Of a stretch of 64,000 nt of DNA, positions 30,577 to 43,566 are shown piece after piece. The notes beneath the pieces are model-generated. The model saw only the letters and a list, made by a program, of their open reading frames with translations, had not been told where the DNA came from and ran no database searches. The position numbers were made by a program, and so were the translations under genes. How positions within the stretch are numbered: position 1 is the first letter of the stretch; each line of letters starts with the position of its first letter. Origin of the DNA: Escherichia phage TH12; the sequence record MT446390.1, one strand, 5' to 3'.

Positions 30577-30604
30577 AACCAAAAATGGGAGACCGAAGTC
30601 TCCC
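30571..30604 (-). terminator. terminator for the gene 23 transcript (GGGAGAC-UUCG-GUCUCCC plus U-rich tract on minus strand)
   Basis: Plus strand AAATAAAACCAAAAAT then GGGAGACCGAAGTCTCCC; same hairpin as at 7492 and 49943. Confidence 0.7.
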
Positions 30605-30628
30605 AAAATAAGATTTAATCAATTAAGA

Positions 30629-32197
30629 TTAGATGCCTTTTACATATACACGGCGGAAGTAAGCGTTCTTACCAAGGCTGTTCAGGATAGACGGCATACC
30701 GGACTGGATGCGAGCACCTGGAGCCTGCAGGGAACTTTCAGCAAACGGGTTAACACCGATACCGTAACGAGTTTTAAAGCCCATTACCGGCTGGAAGTTC
30801 TTAGGATCGGAACCACGCAGTGGGGTAAGTGCAACGTAAGGAGCATAGTAGATACCTGCATCCATTTCGTTAGCGCCTTTGTAACCAACGGTGAAGTAAT
30901 CCTGTTTAGCATACTGGTCGATGTATACGCGGTATTTACCACCAAGTACACCGGCAAATACAGACTTAGTAGTGTCGGTATTAAAACCAGAAGCCAGACC
31001 CTGTGCAGCGTAAGAAATACCAGTATCAACTGAAGCCAGTACGTTAACTACGTTACGGGAAGCGATAATGAAGTTACCTTCACCACGACCGGTTTGACGA
31101 GCAATTTCAACTGCTTCTTTATCAATCTGGAACAACAGAGATTTAAAGCTTTCACCAGCCCAACGAGCACCACGGATATCAATCGGGTCCTGGAAGTCAA
31201 ATACACCAGCTTTAGAACCAGGAGTCAGGGTCATACCAGATTTACCGACCTGTGCTGAGTAGTTAATCCAATCAACAACTTCACGGTTGATTTCTAGCAT
31301 AATTTCTGTAGCCAGAATACCGCTCAGTTCAGCATCAGCATCCATACCGTGTACTGCACGGAGGTCTTGTGCTAATTCGATAGAGTAAGCAGCTTTCAGC
31401 TGGCGAGATTTAGCTTCGATAACTTGTTTATCGATACGGAAGCCCATTTCATTCCATGGGTTATCGGTAGAACCGTTGAAACCTTCCTGGAGTTCAGCGA
31501 TAGAAGTAGCCATACCTTCAGCGATTTCTACCAGGGCACCAGCTTCCATTTGTTTCTTAACTTCTGCATCTAATTTAGCTGCATCAGTTGCACCAGAATC
31601 AAGTGTTACGATAGCAGAAGCTTGCAGATATACAGTACCAGTTTCTTGGAAGAAGTGAGTATAGATATCACCTACAACGGTGGTAGTGTCAGCAGCCAGA
31701 GCTGGGAATTTCTTAGCAGCACCCTGACCAGAGAACATCGCGTCTGGGGCATACATCGGATGGAAAGCTTCTTTAGCGCCAGCAGCGATAGGGTCTTTAC
31801 CATATACTGCACGGAGAGCAAATACCTGACCGGTCGGGCTGTTCATAGGCTGAACACCACAAATATCAAAAGCGATCAGATTAGGAATAGCACGACGAAC
31901 CATACCCATAACTGCCGGCCCAATTTGGGTTACTGCACCAGAGGTTTGACCTGCTGCAATATTCTGAGCATTATAACCGTGGTCACCACCAATTTCAGCT
32001 TCGGTCAAGAAAGAACCAAATGCCTGAGCGATTTTCTCGTCTTTATATTCAGGGGATACTTCGAAATCTTTTTCCTGGTTTTCGAAGATTTTAGCGATAA
32101 TAGCCTGCTTGCTATTAGCGATTTCCGGCAGGCCTTCACCTTCCAGCAGTTCTTTCCATTTGTCTACGAGCTGAGCTTTAGTTTTGATAGTAGTCAT
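30629..32197 (-). CDS. 23: major capsid protein precursor
   Basis: 522 aa, near-identical to T4 gp23 as recalled. Confidence 0.97.
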   Translation of the reverse strand: MTTIKTKAQLVDKWKELLEGEGLPEIANSKQAIIAKIFENQEKDFEVSPEYKDEKIAQAFGSFLTEAEIGGDHGYNAQNIAAGQTSGAVTQIGPAVMGMVRRAIPNLIAFDICGVQPMNSPTGQVFALRAVYGKDPIAAGAKEAFHPMYAPDAMFSGQGAAKKFPALAADTTTVVGDIYTHFFQETGTVYLQASAIVTLDSGATDAAKLDAEVKKQMEAGALVEIAEGMATSIAELQEGFNGSTDNPWNEMGFRIDKQVIEAKSRQLKAAYSIELAQDLRAVHGMDADAELSGILATEIMLEINREVVDWINYSAQVGKSGMTLTPGSKAGVFDFQDPIDIRGARWAGESFKSLLFQIDKEAVEIARQTGRGEGNFIIASRNVVNVLASVDTGISYAAQGLASGFNTDTTKSVFAGVLGGKYRVYIDQYAKQDYFTVGYKGANEMDAGIYYAPYVALTPLRGSDPKNFQPVMGFKTRYGIGVNPFAESSLQAPGARIQSGMPSILNSLGKNAYFRRVYVKGI

Positions 32198-32214
32198 TTG
32201 TGTTAACCTTTAAA

Positions 32215-33027
32215 TTAGAAACGAGATGCGACTTTCGCATATAAACTTACATTAGAATTCTGTTCTACCTGAGTTGTGGTAGTGTCAACTGCTTCGGCAA
32301 CAAAATTAAGACCGGCAGCGTCATTGTCAACTGTATTTATACTTTCGGTAATAGCGGCTTCTTCTTTAGTAGAACCTTTGACCATTTCTACAATAGCAGT
32401 TAACTTAGTACCAAATGCGTCAGAATAATCCATACCTTCAACCAGGCCAATAACTTTTTCTTTCTGAGATTCAGTCAGGTCTTTTACGCTTTCATTAATA
32501 GCGGTTTCACGCTGAACGTAATTGATATATGCATCACGTTTGGTAACTTCTTCGAACAAACGAGCGGTTTCTTCTTTATGTTCGGCCAGCTCTTCTTCCA
32601 TTTCTGCTACAACATCTACAGATTCTTCTGGAACAACAACGTTATGTTCAACAAACAGTTCTTTCAGACCACCAAGCATGGATTCGAACAAATCAGCTTT
32701 AATGCCTTTATCAACTGCGATTTGGTTTTCTGCGAGCCATTCTTTTGCAAGATGGTCTAGGAATTTAGAAGCTTGTTCAGCCAATTTTTTATCAGCTTTC
32801 TCTTCAGCATCTTCTTTGGCCTTTTCAACTTCTTCTTCAGCCTTTTCGGCGATGGCTTTGATATGAGATTCAGCCAGTTTGACTGCTTCCTGCTTAACGG
32901 TGGCTTCGAATACAGTGCTGAAATTAGCTTTAACGTCCGGAGACAGTTCTACTGATTCGAAAACACTATTAAGAGCAACTGAAGTCTCGATGTTCTGAGC
33001 TTCTTTCAAAAGTTGTTCTTTGATCAT
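32215..33027 (-). CDS. 22: prohead core scaffolding protein
   Basis: 270 aa, acidic coiled-coil, resemblance to T4 gp22. Confidence 0.93.
   Translation of the reverse strand: MIKEQLLKEAQNIETSVALNSVFESVELSPDVKANFSTVFEATVKQEAVKLAESHIKAIAEKAEEEVEKAKEDAEEKADKKLAEQASKFLDHLAKEWLAENQIAVDKGIKADLFESMLGGLKELFVEHNVVVPEESVDVVAEMEEELAEHKEETARLFEEVTKRDAYINYVQRETAINESVKDLTESQKEKVIGLVEGMDYSDAFGTKLTAIVEMVKGSTKEEAAITESINTVDNDAAGLNFVAEAVDTTTTQVEQNSNVSLYAKVASRF
32334..32341 (-). promoter_or_regulatory. possible late promoter for gene 23 (inside gene 22)
   Basis: TATTTATA on plus strand about 137 nt upstream of gene 23 start. Confidence 0.4.
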
Positions 33028-33057
33028 TTTAGTGTCCTGTGGTTTAGATTACATTAT

Positions 33058-33065
33058 TATTTATA
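33058..33065 (-). promoter_or_regulatory. late promoter for gene 22
   Basis: TATTTATA on plus strand about 30 nt upstream of gene 22 start. Confidence 0.5.
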
Positions 33066-33708
33066 ATGCTTTTAAACTCTCTGCGAGAGCTTTAAATGCT
33101 TCGTCAGCACTGTTTTTGGTGATTTCCACCGAATTTTCTGATTCTGATTCTGATATTTGTTTAGGAGTAACCCAAGCATCTGGAGCAGAAGGTCCCCATA
33201 CGGCATCTACGCCGACGGTTAATTTAAATCCTTCGTTCACGATACGGTACCCTTTATTGGTGTCGGTTAAAGAACCAAGACCACGAGAGGAAACACCTGG
33301 AATCCAACCAGCTCGTATATTAGCAGCTAATTTATCGCCGGGACCATGGTCGCCTTCAATAATTCTAGCACGTCCATATACATCGTTTCCTTTCCACCAC
33401 ATATCTTCAATAATGATAGCGGCTTGCATAGGGTCAACATTTGCACGAGGTGGATGGTTTAATTCTCCAAGGGCTTGTTTGGTTGCGACTTGTTCTTTAA
33501 TATAGTCACTTACTGCTTTTTCCAAAACGCGTTTAGGATATAAACGTTTATTTCGGTTAACAACCTCTGCCTGAAGAAAAATACCTTCTATATAAAGCCC
33601 TGGTTTTAAGCCAGAATCTTTTCCATCATGAGATTCCAACATTGGAACGCCATCAATAATCTCACCGGGTTGACCCCAAGTTTCAATAAGTAACTCGGGT
33701 TTATTCAT
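33061..33708 (-). CDS. 21: prohead core protease
   Basis: 215 aa, resemblance to T4 gp21. Confidence 0.93.
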   Translation of the reverse strand: MNKPELLIETWGQPGEIIDGVPMLESHDGKDSGLKPGLYIEGIFLQAEVVNRNKRLYPKRVLEKAVSDYIKEQVATKQALGELNHPPRANVDPMQAAIIIEDMWWKGNDVYGRARIIEGDHGPGDKLAANIRAGWIPGVSSRGLGSLTDTNKGYRIVNEGFKLTVGVDAVWGPSAPDAWVTPKQISESESENSVEITKNSADEAFKALAESLKAL

Positions 33709-34133
33709 TAGCTTAATCCTAATGCTTTACGACGTTTAAGAGCCTTTTTACGCTTACGCATGCCTTTAACTTGGCCTGAAGGGTTAGCTTTTTTAGCTTT
33801 AACGACCTTACGAGCGATTTGTCTACGTTTTGCTTTAGAAAGACCGGTTGTTTGGAACGCGTTACGTTCACGAGTTTTACGGTCTTTAGTGCGGGTGACT
33901 TCACCACGAGAAGAAACATGTTTAACGATAAACTCATTTAACTGCTCTTCATTAATAATGGAAGCCATTGCAACAGCTAAATCCGTTTCAGTTTCAAGCA
34001 TGTTCTCGATAATAGTATTTATATCGTCAATATCGAGAGCAGAAGACAATGCATCGATTCGGCCCTGTGCTTCAGGAATAAGTGCTTCGACATTTTCGAG
34101 TACCAATTCATAAGATTCAGGGATAAGATACAT
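33708..34133 (-). CDS. 68: prohead core protein
   Basis: 141 aa, synteny with T4 gp68. Confidence 0.85.
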   Translation of the reverse strand: MYLIPESYELVLENVEALIPEAQGRIDALSSALDIDDINTIIENMLETETDLAVAMASIINEEQLNEFIVKHVSSRGEVTRTKDRKTRERNAFQTTGLSKAKRRQIARKVVKAKKANPSGQVKGMRKRKKALKRRKALGLS

Positions 34134-34372
34134 TATTCATCGTCCTCATCATCTTCGTCTTCGTCGTCATCGCCTTCATCAGCGTCGTCTTCCGAAGCTT
34201 TAGCTTTCTTTTCTTCTTCTTCAGGTTCTTCGCCTTCAATCAAAAATTGAGAAGCGATTTCTGCTTTGCGTGCTTCAATCAAACGAACCGTTTTTTCTGC
34301 CATTGCACTTTCAAAAAACTTTCGAGTAGCAACGAGGTCGTTTGATTTAATAGCTTGAATTAAATCGTCCAT
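34133..34372 (-). CDS. 67: prohead core protein (acidic)
   Basis: 79 aa with poly-acidic C-terminus, synteny with T4 gp67. Confidence 0.85.
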   Translation of the reverse strand: MDDLIQAIKSNDLVATRKFFESAMAEKTVRLIEARKAEIASQFLIEGEEPEEEEKKAKASEDDADEGDDDEDEDDEDDE

Positions 34373-35943
34373 TAAAAATCCTCTTGTTCTTGGTCGGGGT
34401 CTTGGAAACGAGCCTCTTTCGACTCTTCTTCAATTTGCTTAGCCTCTTGTTCAATTTCCTCGTCAGACATCTGAAGAATATCTTTCATAGCTGTTCTGTG
34501 AGAAATATATTTACCAATAAATGGTTCGGCCATCTGAAGCATATTAATGCGACGCTCCAGAATCTCAGCATCCTTTAATTCCGAGAAATAACTATCCCGA
34601 TGAAATTTTATCTTAATATTATTTATTTCATCATTCCACTCATCTTCTGTAATAATTCCTTTAAGAATTAAATTAGTTTTAAGCGGGTCTAGGAATATCT
34701 CTTCAAATTTATGTTGCAGCTCACGAATAAATTTACCAAATGACAATTCATCTCGTGTAATAGAAGTACCAGCATCAAACTGTATACCACCTTGGTCGCT
34801 TGGAATACGGGTAATAGGAATACGTAAAGCCATATAAAGCGCATTACGGAACCAACGTACATCTTCCATATTTCCGGTATTATCTGCACCCGGTAATGTA
34901 TCAACTTCTGTTACTGCTTTACCATCACGTCGTTGTAACCAATAATCTTCGGTCATCGACATAATATGCTGCTGGTTTTTAATCTTGCCTGTAGTAGCAT
35001 CATATGCAATACGGTTTTTCATCGTATTCATAACATGTTGCATATGTTCTGCTGCTTTTCTTGAAGGCATATTACCTGTATCAACGTACCATACACGACG
35101 ATCTGGAGCACGAGTAATACGATAAATTACGACGGCATCTTCAAGAAGTTTTAATTGGTTCGCCGGCTTAATAGCCCGATGCAAATAACCAATGATATTT
35201 TTACCACAGCAATCAACTAAACCAGAATGGGCATAAACAATCGCGGCTTTAGGGATTTTTATTTTTGTGCCAGCTTCATATATGCGACCATCACAAGCAT
35301 AAGATTCGTGTGATGTGTCATAAATGAAATATTCTTTATAACCCTTGACTATTTTAACACCGGCTTCAGTGGTTGTAATAACTTCACGGACATATTGAAC
35401 TTGACGTGGGTCTAAACGACGAAGCTCTTTAATACCTTCTTTAGGGCGTTTAGGGTCAATAATTTTATGGAAGAAAATTCGAGAATCCACATACCAACGT
35501 CTAAAATGGTCTGAACCTTTACGTTGGAAAGATAAATGATTTAACACTTCGTTAAATTCATCCAACATCATTGATTTGATATTTGGGCTAAATTTTGTGT
35601 TGTCTAAATTTATAGAAACGACTTCTGTATCATCTTCATATACGATAGCATCGGAAACTATTTCAGAGACTGCATTATCCACTTCATAGTTCGTCATCAA
35701 ATTTCGATACGTATCGATTAATTCACGGGTTGATTTGAGCCCAGGTTCTTGGCTACCGAACATTCTCTGAAACATAGCATTATATGTTTGCTGTGCTTCA
35801 TTTTCAGATACTTCGTATTCTTTCGCACCGTCGTCCAATTTTGGTGTGGTGATCGATTCTAAATTTTCTTTTTCTTGGTCTTTGTAATCACGTTCGTCCA
35901 TTTTTGCCCATGGAGCAAACAAACTTAAGATATTAAATTTCAT
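34372..35943 (-). CDS. 20: portal vertex protein
   Basis: 523 aa, synteny and resemblance to T4 gp20. Confidence 0.93.
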   Translation of the reverse strand: MKFNILSLFAPWAKMDERDYKDQEKENLESITTPKLDDGAKEYEVSENEAQQTYNAMFQRMFGSQEPGLKSTRELIDTYRNLMTNYEVDNAVSEIVSDAIVYEDDTEVVSINLDNTKFSPNIKSMMLDEFNEVLNHLSFQRKGSDHFRRWYVDSRIFFHKIIDPKRPKEGIKELRRLDPRQVQYVREVITTTEAGVKIVKGYKEYFIYDTSHESYACDGRIYEAGTKIKIPKAAIVYAHSGLVDCCGKNIIGYLHRAIKPANQLKLLEDAVVIYRITRAPDRRVWYVDTGNMPSRKAAEHMQHVMNTMKNRIAYDATTGKIKNQQHIMSMTEDYWLQRRDGKAVTEVDTLPGADNTGNMEDVRWFRNALYMALRIPITRIPSDQGGIQFDAGTSITRDELSFGKFIRELQHKFEEIFLDPLKTNLILKGIITEDEWNDEINNIKIKFHRDSYFSELKDAEILERRINMLQMAEPFIGKYISHRTAMKDILQMSDEEIEQEAKQIEEESKEARFQDPDQEQEDF

Positions 35944-35971
35944 TGTATTCTCCGAATGGGAATTATAGTTA

Positions 35972-35979
35972 TATTTATA
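35972..35979 (-). promoter_or_regulatory. late promoter for gene 20
   Basis: TATTTATA on plus strand about 29 nt upstream of gene 20 start. Confidence 0.55.
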
Positions 35980-36027
35980 TGGACTTCTCCGTCATCACGG
36001 GAAGCTGGGGATTTCTCCCCAACCAGA

Positions 36028-36519
36028 TTATTCCCACCAATCAAGAGCAAGAGTTACTTCGAACGTTTCAATCTCGTTATTCGAATCCCAGTCAAGAGAT
36101 ACTTCACCAACGTTAGTAGGCCACAAGCCGACAATTTCAACTTCTTTAGTGACCGTTTTAGCATCACGAGCAAATTGACGAACGATAGCAGTCTTTTTAT
36201 ATTCAGCAGGTTTACCACCGGTAATTTCATTACCTTGACCTGCTGCAATACCTTGCCAATCAACAAATTTCTGACGAATACTATGAGCATCGTCGTTCAT
36301 TACTGTAATAGTCCAATCATCGAATGTACGATCACCGGCCACGTTAATTTTACGGTTCATATAAGAAACAGGAACCTTTTCAACGATTGCAGCAGGAAGA
36401 GCCGTAGCACGACACTGGAAGCTAAAGTTTTGCCCAAGATAAGAGATTTCTACTTCGAACAGGTTAGGGCGAGCGAAATCACCAGATTCGAAGGCGCGAG
36501 TTACGTCATCTACAAACAT
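36028..36519 (-). CDS. 19: tail tube protein
   Basis: 163 aa, near-identical to T4 gp19 as recalled. Confidence 0.95.
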   Translation of the reverse strand: MFVDDVTRAFESGDFARPNLFEVEISYLGQNFSFQCRATALPAAIVEKVPVSYMNRKINVAGDRTFDDWTITVMNDDAHSIRQKFVDWQGIAAGQGNEITGGKPAEYKKTAIVRQFARDAKTVTKEVEIVGLWPTNVGEVSLDWDSNNEIETFEVTLALDWWE

Positions 36520-36591
36520 ATTAGCCTCTGTAGTAATATGGGCTTAGGATTAACCAGATGCCCATAGAATTAATTTTTAAACGATATAGTA

Positions 36592-36599
36592 TATTTATA
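36592..36599 (-). promoter_or_regulatory. late promoter for gene 19
   Basis: TATTTATA on plus strand in the 18-19 intergenic region, just downstream (on the minus strand) of the hairpin at 36601-36618. Confidence 0.55.
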
Positions 36600-36600
36600 T

Positions 36601-36618
36601 GGGCTACCGAAATAGCCC
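36601..36618 (-). other. stem-loop after gene 18 (GGGCTA-loop-TAGCCC)
   Basis: Perfect 6 bp inverted repeat directly after gene 18 stop. Confidence 0.5.
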
Positions 36619-36631
36619 ATCAGGCATCTTA

Positions 36632-38614
36632 TTAACCACCTACAGCACCAATCAGTTCGTCGAAATCGGCACCAGTTGCTGTTGCTACAAAGTTCAACGT
36701 AATATAATTTATCGAGCGGGCAGGTTGTAAGTAGAAAGTAGCTACAAATTCATTACGGTCGATAACTGCTGGGGTGTTATTGGTAGTATCACAAACAACT
36801 TTAAAGTTATATACACCACCGAGAGCTTTAATACCCTGTAGATATTGAGAAGTCTCTGTACGGAAAGAAGAACGGGTAAATGCGTTGTTCAATTCAAACA
36901 GGCGATATTTAGATGCTGAACCAATGTTCGTTTTAACCATATTGAACAAACGACGAACGTTAATACGGTCAAATGGTGAAGGAACGGAAGTGGCAGTTTT
37001 ATCACCATACAGAACATATCCATCACCACCGGTACCAGTAACAGGGTTAATAGCTTCCTGATACAAACGATCACGTTGTGGTTGACGAGTTTCAATTGCA
37101 AGCTTAATAACGTTAAGAATTTGTCCACGGTTATAACCGGCCGGAGACATCCAAGGCTGAGAAATATTGTCTGTGCGAGCACAAAGACCGGCAATATCAG
37201 CAGCTAACGGAACCCAACGATTCACATCGTTATATTTGTCGTATTGATATTTATAGTTACCGTCAATAGCAGCATAAGTAGAACTTACATTAAAGTTATT
37301 ATCAGTGTAAGATCCTGATGCAGTACGCCAATCAACCAGATTATCAACTGCACGATTAACAGGAATACCGACTATAGTTGCACGTGGTGGTGAGCAAAGA
37401 ACCAAGCAATCTTGTCGAGAATCACCAATTGCTACAACATGTTTCTGAACTGTAGAAGCAACTTCTAAAGATTCACCTGCACAAGAACCGGCAATAAACA
37501 ACTGCGCATTAACAGATTCGCGGTCAGCAAACAAATCCCAAGCTTCCATTAAATCACCAGCGTCAACCGTTTCATTAGATGATAAGCCACCACTCAGTTT
37601 GATTACACCAGAGAAACCTTTTGGCCAACCTTGTGCAGTAGCGAAAATATAATTGCTTGCGCCTTTAGCAAAGAAATCATCAATAAAGATATTACTACCA
37701 TAAATATCGCGTTCACCGCGTTTAGTAGAAAGAACTACACTCTGGACTACAGCATCGTTACGACGAACGATAATCGCATATTGGTCATCAGTTTGTGGGC
37801 CATACCCAAAGATTGCTTTAGCAGTAGATGCGCGAGTACCACCATCAGGATAAATTTTTAACTGGGCTGAAGCACCTTTGTCATAGTCTGCTTTAGATAC
37901 GATTTCAATTTCGAGCCGGTCGCCAAGTTCACCAGGATAAAGAGCAACTACGCCTGGGACACCATATTTTTTAATAGATTCTTGGAAAGTTAGAGAAGTA
38001 ATAGCTTCTTCTGAAGTTTCAACTTCAGTCAACAGAATACCTGAATCGGTTACGATAGAACCAATTGTAATAACGCCAGAGAGTCCAGAAGAAGAACTGG
38101 CAACTTCGGCGGTCCAGTTAGAACCTAATGCCGGATATTCATTAATTTCTTTTGCACGAGCAATAATTTTACCGGTTGGGATATAAATGTTAAGGATTTT
38201 ACCATCGACATCAACTGAAGTGACATAACCATCTGCTTCAACAGTTTCGGACAAATACTTAACGATAATTTTATCACCAACAGCATAGTTACTACCTGCA
38301 GCTGAGATTGTGAATTCGATATTGCCTGCTACAGGAGATGAGTTCTTAGCAGTATCACGATCAACTGCGCGTACAACACGAAGGTCATTACCGTATTGAA
38401 GGAAGTTCATAGCAGACATGAAATAATCTGCTGTATCCGTATTAGGAGTACCAAACATATCAACCAATGCAACTTCATCAGTGATTTGTTTAATCTGGAA
38501 TGCAGGGCCCCATTGGAATTTTCCAGCCAGAGCAGCAGTACCAGTGGAGTTATTAACTACAGTACTCTGTACGGTAGTTTCTTTGAGCTCAACGCCCGGA
38601 GAGAGAAGTGCCAT
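36632..38614 (-). CDS. 18: tail sheath protein
   Basis: 660 aa, near-identical to T4 gp18 as recalled. Confidence 0.97.
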   Translation of the reverse strand: MALLSPGVELKETTVQSTVVNNSTGTAALAGKFQWGPAFQIKQITDEVALVDMFGTPNTDTADYFMSAMNFLQYGNDLRVVRAVDRDTAKNSSPVAGNIEFTISAAGSNYAVGDKIIVKYLSETVEADGYVTSVDVDGKILNIYIPTGKIIARAKEINEYPALGSNWTAEVASSSSGLSGVITIGSIVTDSGILLTEVETSEEAITSLTFQESIKKYGVPGVVALYPGELGDRLEIEIVSKADYDKGASAQLKIYPDGGTRASTAKAIFGYGPQTDDQYAIIVRRNDAVVQSVVLSTKRGERDIYGSNIFIDDFFAKGASNYIFATAQGWPKGFSGVIKLSGGLSSNETVDAGDLMEAWDLFADRESVNAQLFIAGSCAGESLEVASTVQKHVVAIGDSRQDCLVLCSPPRATIVGIPVNRAVDNLVDWRTASGSYTDNNFNVSSTYAAIDGNYKYQYDKYNDVNRWVPLAADIAGLCARTDNISQPWMSPAGYNRGQILNVIKLAIETRQPQRDRLYQEAINPVTGTGGDGYVLYGDKTATSVPSPFDRINVRRLFNMVKTNIGSASKYRLFELNNAFTRSSFRTETSQYLQGIKALGGVYNFKVVCDTTNNTPAVIDRNEFVATFYLQPARSINYITLNFVATATGADFDELIGAVGG

Positions 38615-38642
38615 TTTAATTCCTCTTAATTTGCTTTATTTT

Positions 38643-40967
<2,325 letters not shown>

Positions 40968-41789
40968 TTATTGTTTTCTAGGACCAGGAGGGGTTGGTGG
41001 AGTCGGGATTGGAATATCATGAGTATAAGTTTGTTCAACTTCGCCATTCCAATCTTGTGCTTCAACGTCTCTCGGTTTAATTTCTGTATCAACTGATTCA
41101 AAAACGCTGGCGGCTGTTTGAAGGTCTCGTTCATTAGCATGAAAATCAAGATAAGTCGTTTTAATAAGGCCTTCAGCTGCGCCTACCGGAGGATACATCC
41201 ATCCATTTACTTCAAATGTTAATGACCACTCTAAACGTCGACGGGATAAATTATCACCGTCTATTTGTTCATCCATTGCTGCTGCCATCCATACGACTTT
41301 AATATCCCTTTCAAATGGAATATCCTGCCCATATTGCTCAATCATAGTCGTATTAAAATGCGGCTGAAAATATGGAATAATTTGCTCAACGATTTGGAAC
41401 ATATCATCTTCATAACGAGTAAAGATGCTCAGTTCAAAAATCATTTTAATTGGTGATGGGTTGTATTGGTCTACAATATCCTTAGTCGATTTACTCAAAA
41501 GAGAGTTATTCAATATATTCGTTTTAAACGTTGGGTTATAAACGAAATCTACCATTTGGAGATTTATACGTGGTAGAATAGTTTCGACTTTAGCCACATC
41601 TTCTTGTGAGTTTATAGAGGTCCATTTATTAAGTTTCATCATAAAGTGCTCTTTAGATGCATACGTAATAGGAACTCTAATTAATTTATTGCCTGTAGAC
41701 AATTGACGGTTAACTTGGATATTTGAAAACAAATCGCCCATCATTGTGATATATCGCCTGAACGACGAGTTGTAAAAATAGCCAAACAT
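40968..41789 (-). CDS. 15: tail sheath stabilizer and completion protein
   Basis: Resemblance to T4 gp15 from second Met (MFGYFYNSSFRRY...). Confidence 0.9.
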   Translation of the reverse strand: MFGYFYNSSFRRYITMMGDLFSNIQVNRQLSTGNKLIRVPITYASKEHFMMKLNKWTSINSQEDVAKVETILPRINLQMVDFVYNPTFKTNILNNSLLSKSTKDIVDQYNPSPIKMIFELSIFTRYEDDMFQIVEQIIPYFQPHFNTTMIEQYGQDIPFERDIKVVWMAAAMDEQIDGDNLSRRRLEWSLTFEVNGWMYPPVGAAEGLIKTTYLDFHANERDLQTAASVFESVDTEIKPRDVEAQDWNGEVEQTYTHDIPIPTPPTPPGPRKQ

Positions 41790-41841
41790 CATTTCTCCTA
41801 ACCGGCCTTTCGACCGGTGTTTGCTTTATCTTATTTATTTA

Positions 41842-42606
41842 TTAATTCATAAACCCATCGTCAAATGGTGAATTTTGTCTACCGCGGTTGTTAACTACTA
41901 CATATGGTTCAACGTATTCACTTGCCTCTGAATTGATTTGCTCAACTTCAGAATATTCATCGATATTAATGTCATGGATACCGTCAAGATTTCTAACAGG
42001 ATTAAGTTCCAAGTCACTAAATTCAGGTATATTGATACCTTCATTTTTCTGAAGCACCGGATTGATTTCTTCGCCAGAGTAAATAAACTTGCCTGCAGTA
42101 ATTTTACGAATCGCATTTTTACCTACTTGATAGAACGGGTCATATGGTTCAACCCAGTTAATCTCAAACAAACTGTTGTCCATTGGGAAGTATATTAAAT
42201 CACCTTCCTTAGGCTCCTGATTGTTGACCTGGTGTTTGAAAAGACCTGGGTTAATAGATAATGTAACTTCGTCTTGAACTTGCATTCCGAAGTTGCTGAA
42301 GAACGATTTCGCTCCTTCATAACCTTCAAAAGAGTTCAGATATGCAGCAAATTTCCATGCTTTAGTAAATTTATTTTTAAGGTCCTCACCAAAGATAAGG
42401 TCCACGGCAACATATTCACGTGGAACATAAAAACATTCAATACCGCGCATCTGTATGCTTTCTGCCACTAGAACATCGGCTAGGGTTTGACTATTTTCGT
42501 ATTTGTTGAAGTTCACGTATTTGTTTAAAATCTCGGTCTCATTTGTCTGAGAATACCCACCACGATTTTCTAGCTTGGCGAAAAGATTTTTATCATAAGT
42601 TGCCAT
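41842..42606 (-). CDS. 14: neck protein
   Basis: 254 aa, synteny with T4 gp14. Confidence 0.88.
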   Translation of the reverse strand: MATYDKNLFAKLENRGGYSQTNETEILNKYVNFNKYENSQTLADVLVAESIQMRGIECFYVPREYVAVDLIFGEDLKNKFTKAWKFAAYLNSFEGYEGAKSFFSNFGMQVQDEVTLSINPGLFKHQVNNQEPKEGDLIYFPMDNSLFEINWVEPYDPFYQVGKNAIRKITAGKFIYSGEEINPVLQKNEGINIPEFSDLELNPVRNLDGIHDINIDEYSEVEQINSEASEYVEPYVVVNNRGRQNSPFDDGFMN

Positions 42607-42607
42607 A

Positions 42608-43534
42608 TTAACCTACCAAAATACCTGCAGGAGGGTCTAGTAAATATAACTCTTCTCGTAAAGCTTCTTTCTCTAAACGAGCTTCTTCAATTAATCGAAC
42701 ACCGTCGACAGTGACACCACCCGGTAACATCATACCTTGATGTTTAGCAAGAATTTGTCCGTTAAGCTCTTTAGCTAATGCAGTTGCATAATCTTTAACC
42801 CAGCGGTTGTTATATGCGCCTTGTTTAGTTGCAGGATCTTCACCAACTCGACGTCCTACCAAATTATGGTCTGGATTATCATAACGTTCAGAAATAGACC
42901 ATGAATCACGAGGACCGACCTGACCGTACCCTACTGTATTTCCTACCATCTTATGGGTCTCGATATAAGAGCGAACATACGATTCAACGATAATGACATC
43001 TTTCTGTCTAAAGTTACCCATTACTTTTAATTGCTCGTTTGCAGAGTTAAACCAAAAATCCGGAAGAGGAGCAATCATATCTTGAAGCATACCCATATAA
43101 GATACTAATTGAGAATAATATCCGAGGTCAGCGCCAAAAGCGTTCGGGCCGTAGAATTTACCACAATTACTGCCCATACCACCTGAAACACCAGCCATTC
43201 CTAAAAGGAAATCGGTGAACCATGGATAAGTTGCGTTACCATCCATTGAAGTAATAGAGCCAACGTTTGTTCTTATAATTCTTGTTACAGCAAATACATT
43301 AGAACCACGCATATCAAATACGCCATGACGGTATTTTTCTTCGTCATCAACAAAAAATACATGGAAACCTTTATTCAACCCGTCAAAATGGTATTCGCCG
43401 TAAAGTTCTAACGCTCGTGAAATACAATCATAAATTTGGTCTGTAGTTAATTCAACATTTACAATAGGAGCGCCTAAACGACGTAATATTACATCCTTTA
43501 ATTCTTTAGGGTTTTGTGCATTATAACCTGACAT
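42608..43534 (-). CDS. 13: neck protein
   Basis: 308 aa, synteny with T4 gp13. Confidence 0.88.
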   Translation of the reverse strand: MSGYNAQNPKELKDVILRRLGAPIVNVELTTDQIYDCISRALELYGEYHFDGLNKGFHVFFVDDEEKYRHGVFDMRGSNVFAVTRIIRTNVGSITSMDGNATYPWFTDFLLGMAGVSGGMGSNCGKFYGPNAFGADLGYYSQLVSYMGMLQDMIAPLPDFWFNSANEQLKVMGNFRQKDVIIVESYVRSYIETHKMVGNTVGYGQVGPRDSWSISERYDNPDHNLVGRRVGEDPATKQGAYNNRWVKDYATALAKELNGQILAKHQGMMLPGGVTVDGVRLIEEARLEKEALREELYLLDPPAGILVG

Positions 43535-43546
43535 ATAAATCCTTTA

Positions 43547-43560
43547 GGGCCCGAAGGCCC
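43547..43560 (-). other. intercistronic UUCG tetraloop hairpin between wac and gene 13
   Basis: GGGCC-CGAA-GGCCC on plus strand (UUCG loop on minus-strand RNA). Confidence 0.5.
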
Positions 43561-43566
43561 TTTTCA

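Noticed and set aside
30563-31033. 156-aa plus-strand ORF overlapping gene 23; similar antisense ORFs at 31622-32206, 32522-32866, 35956-36567, 44492-44860, 45653-45970 and 57001-57321
   Set aside because: All lie antisense within highly conserved structural genes, lack RBS, and have Ser/Cys/Phe-rich translations; treated as spurious.
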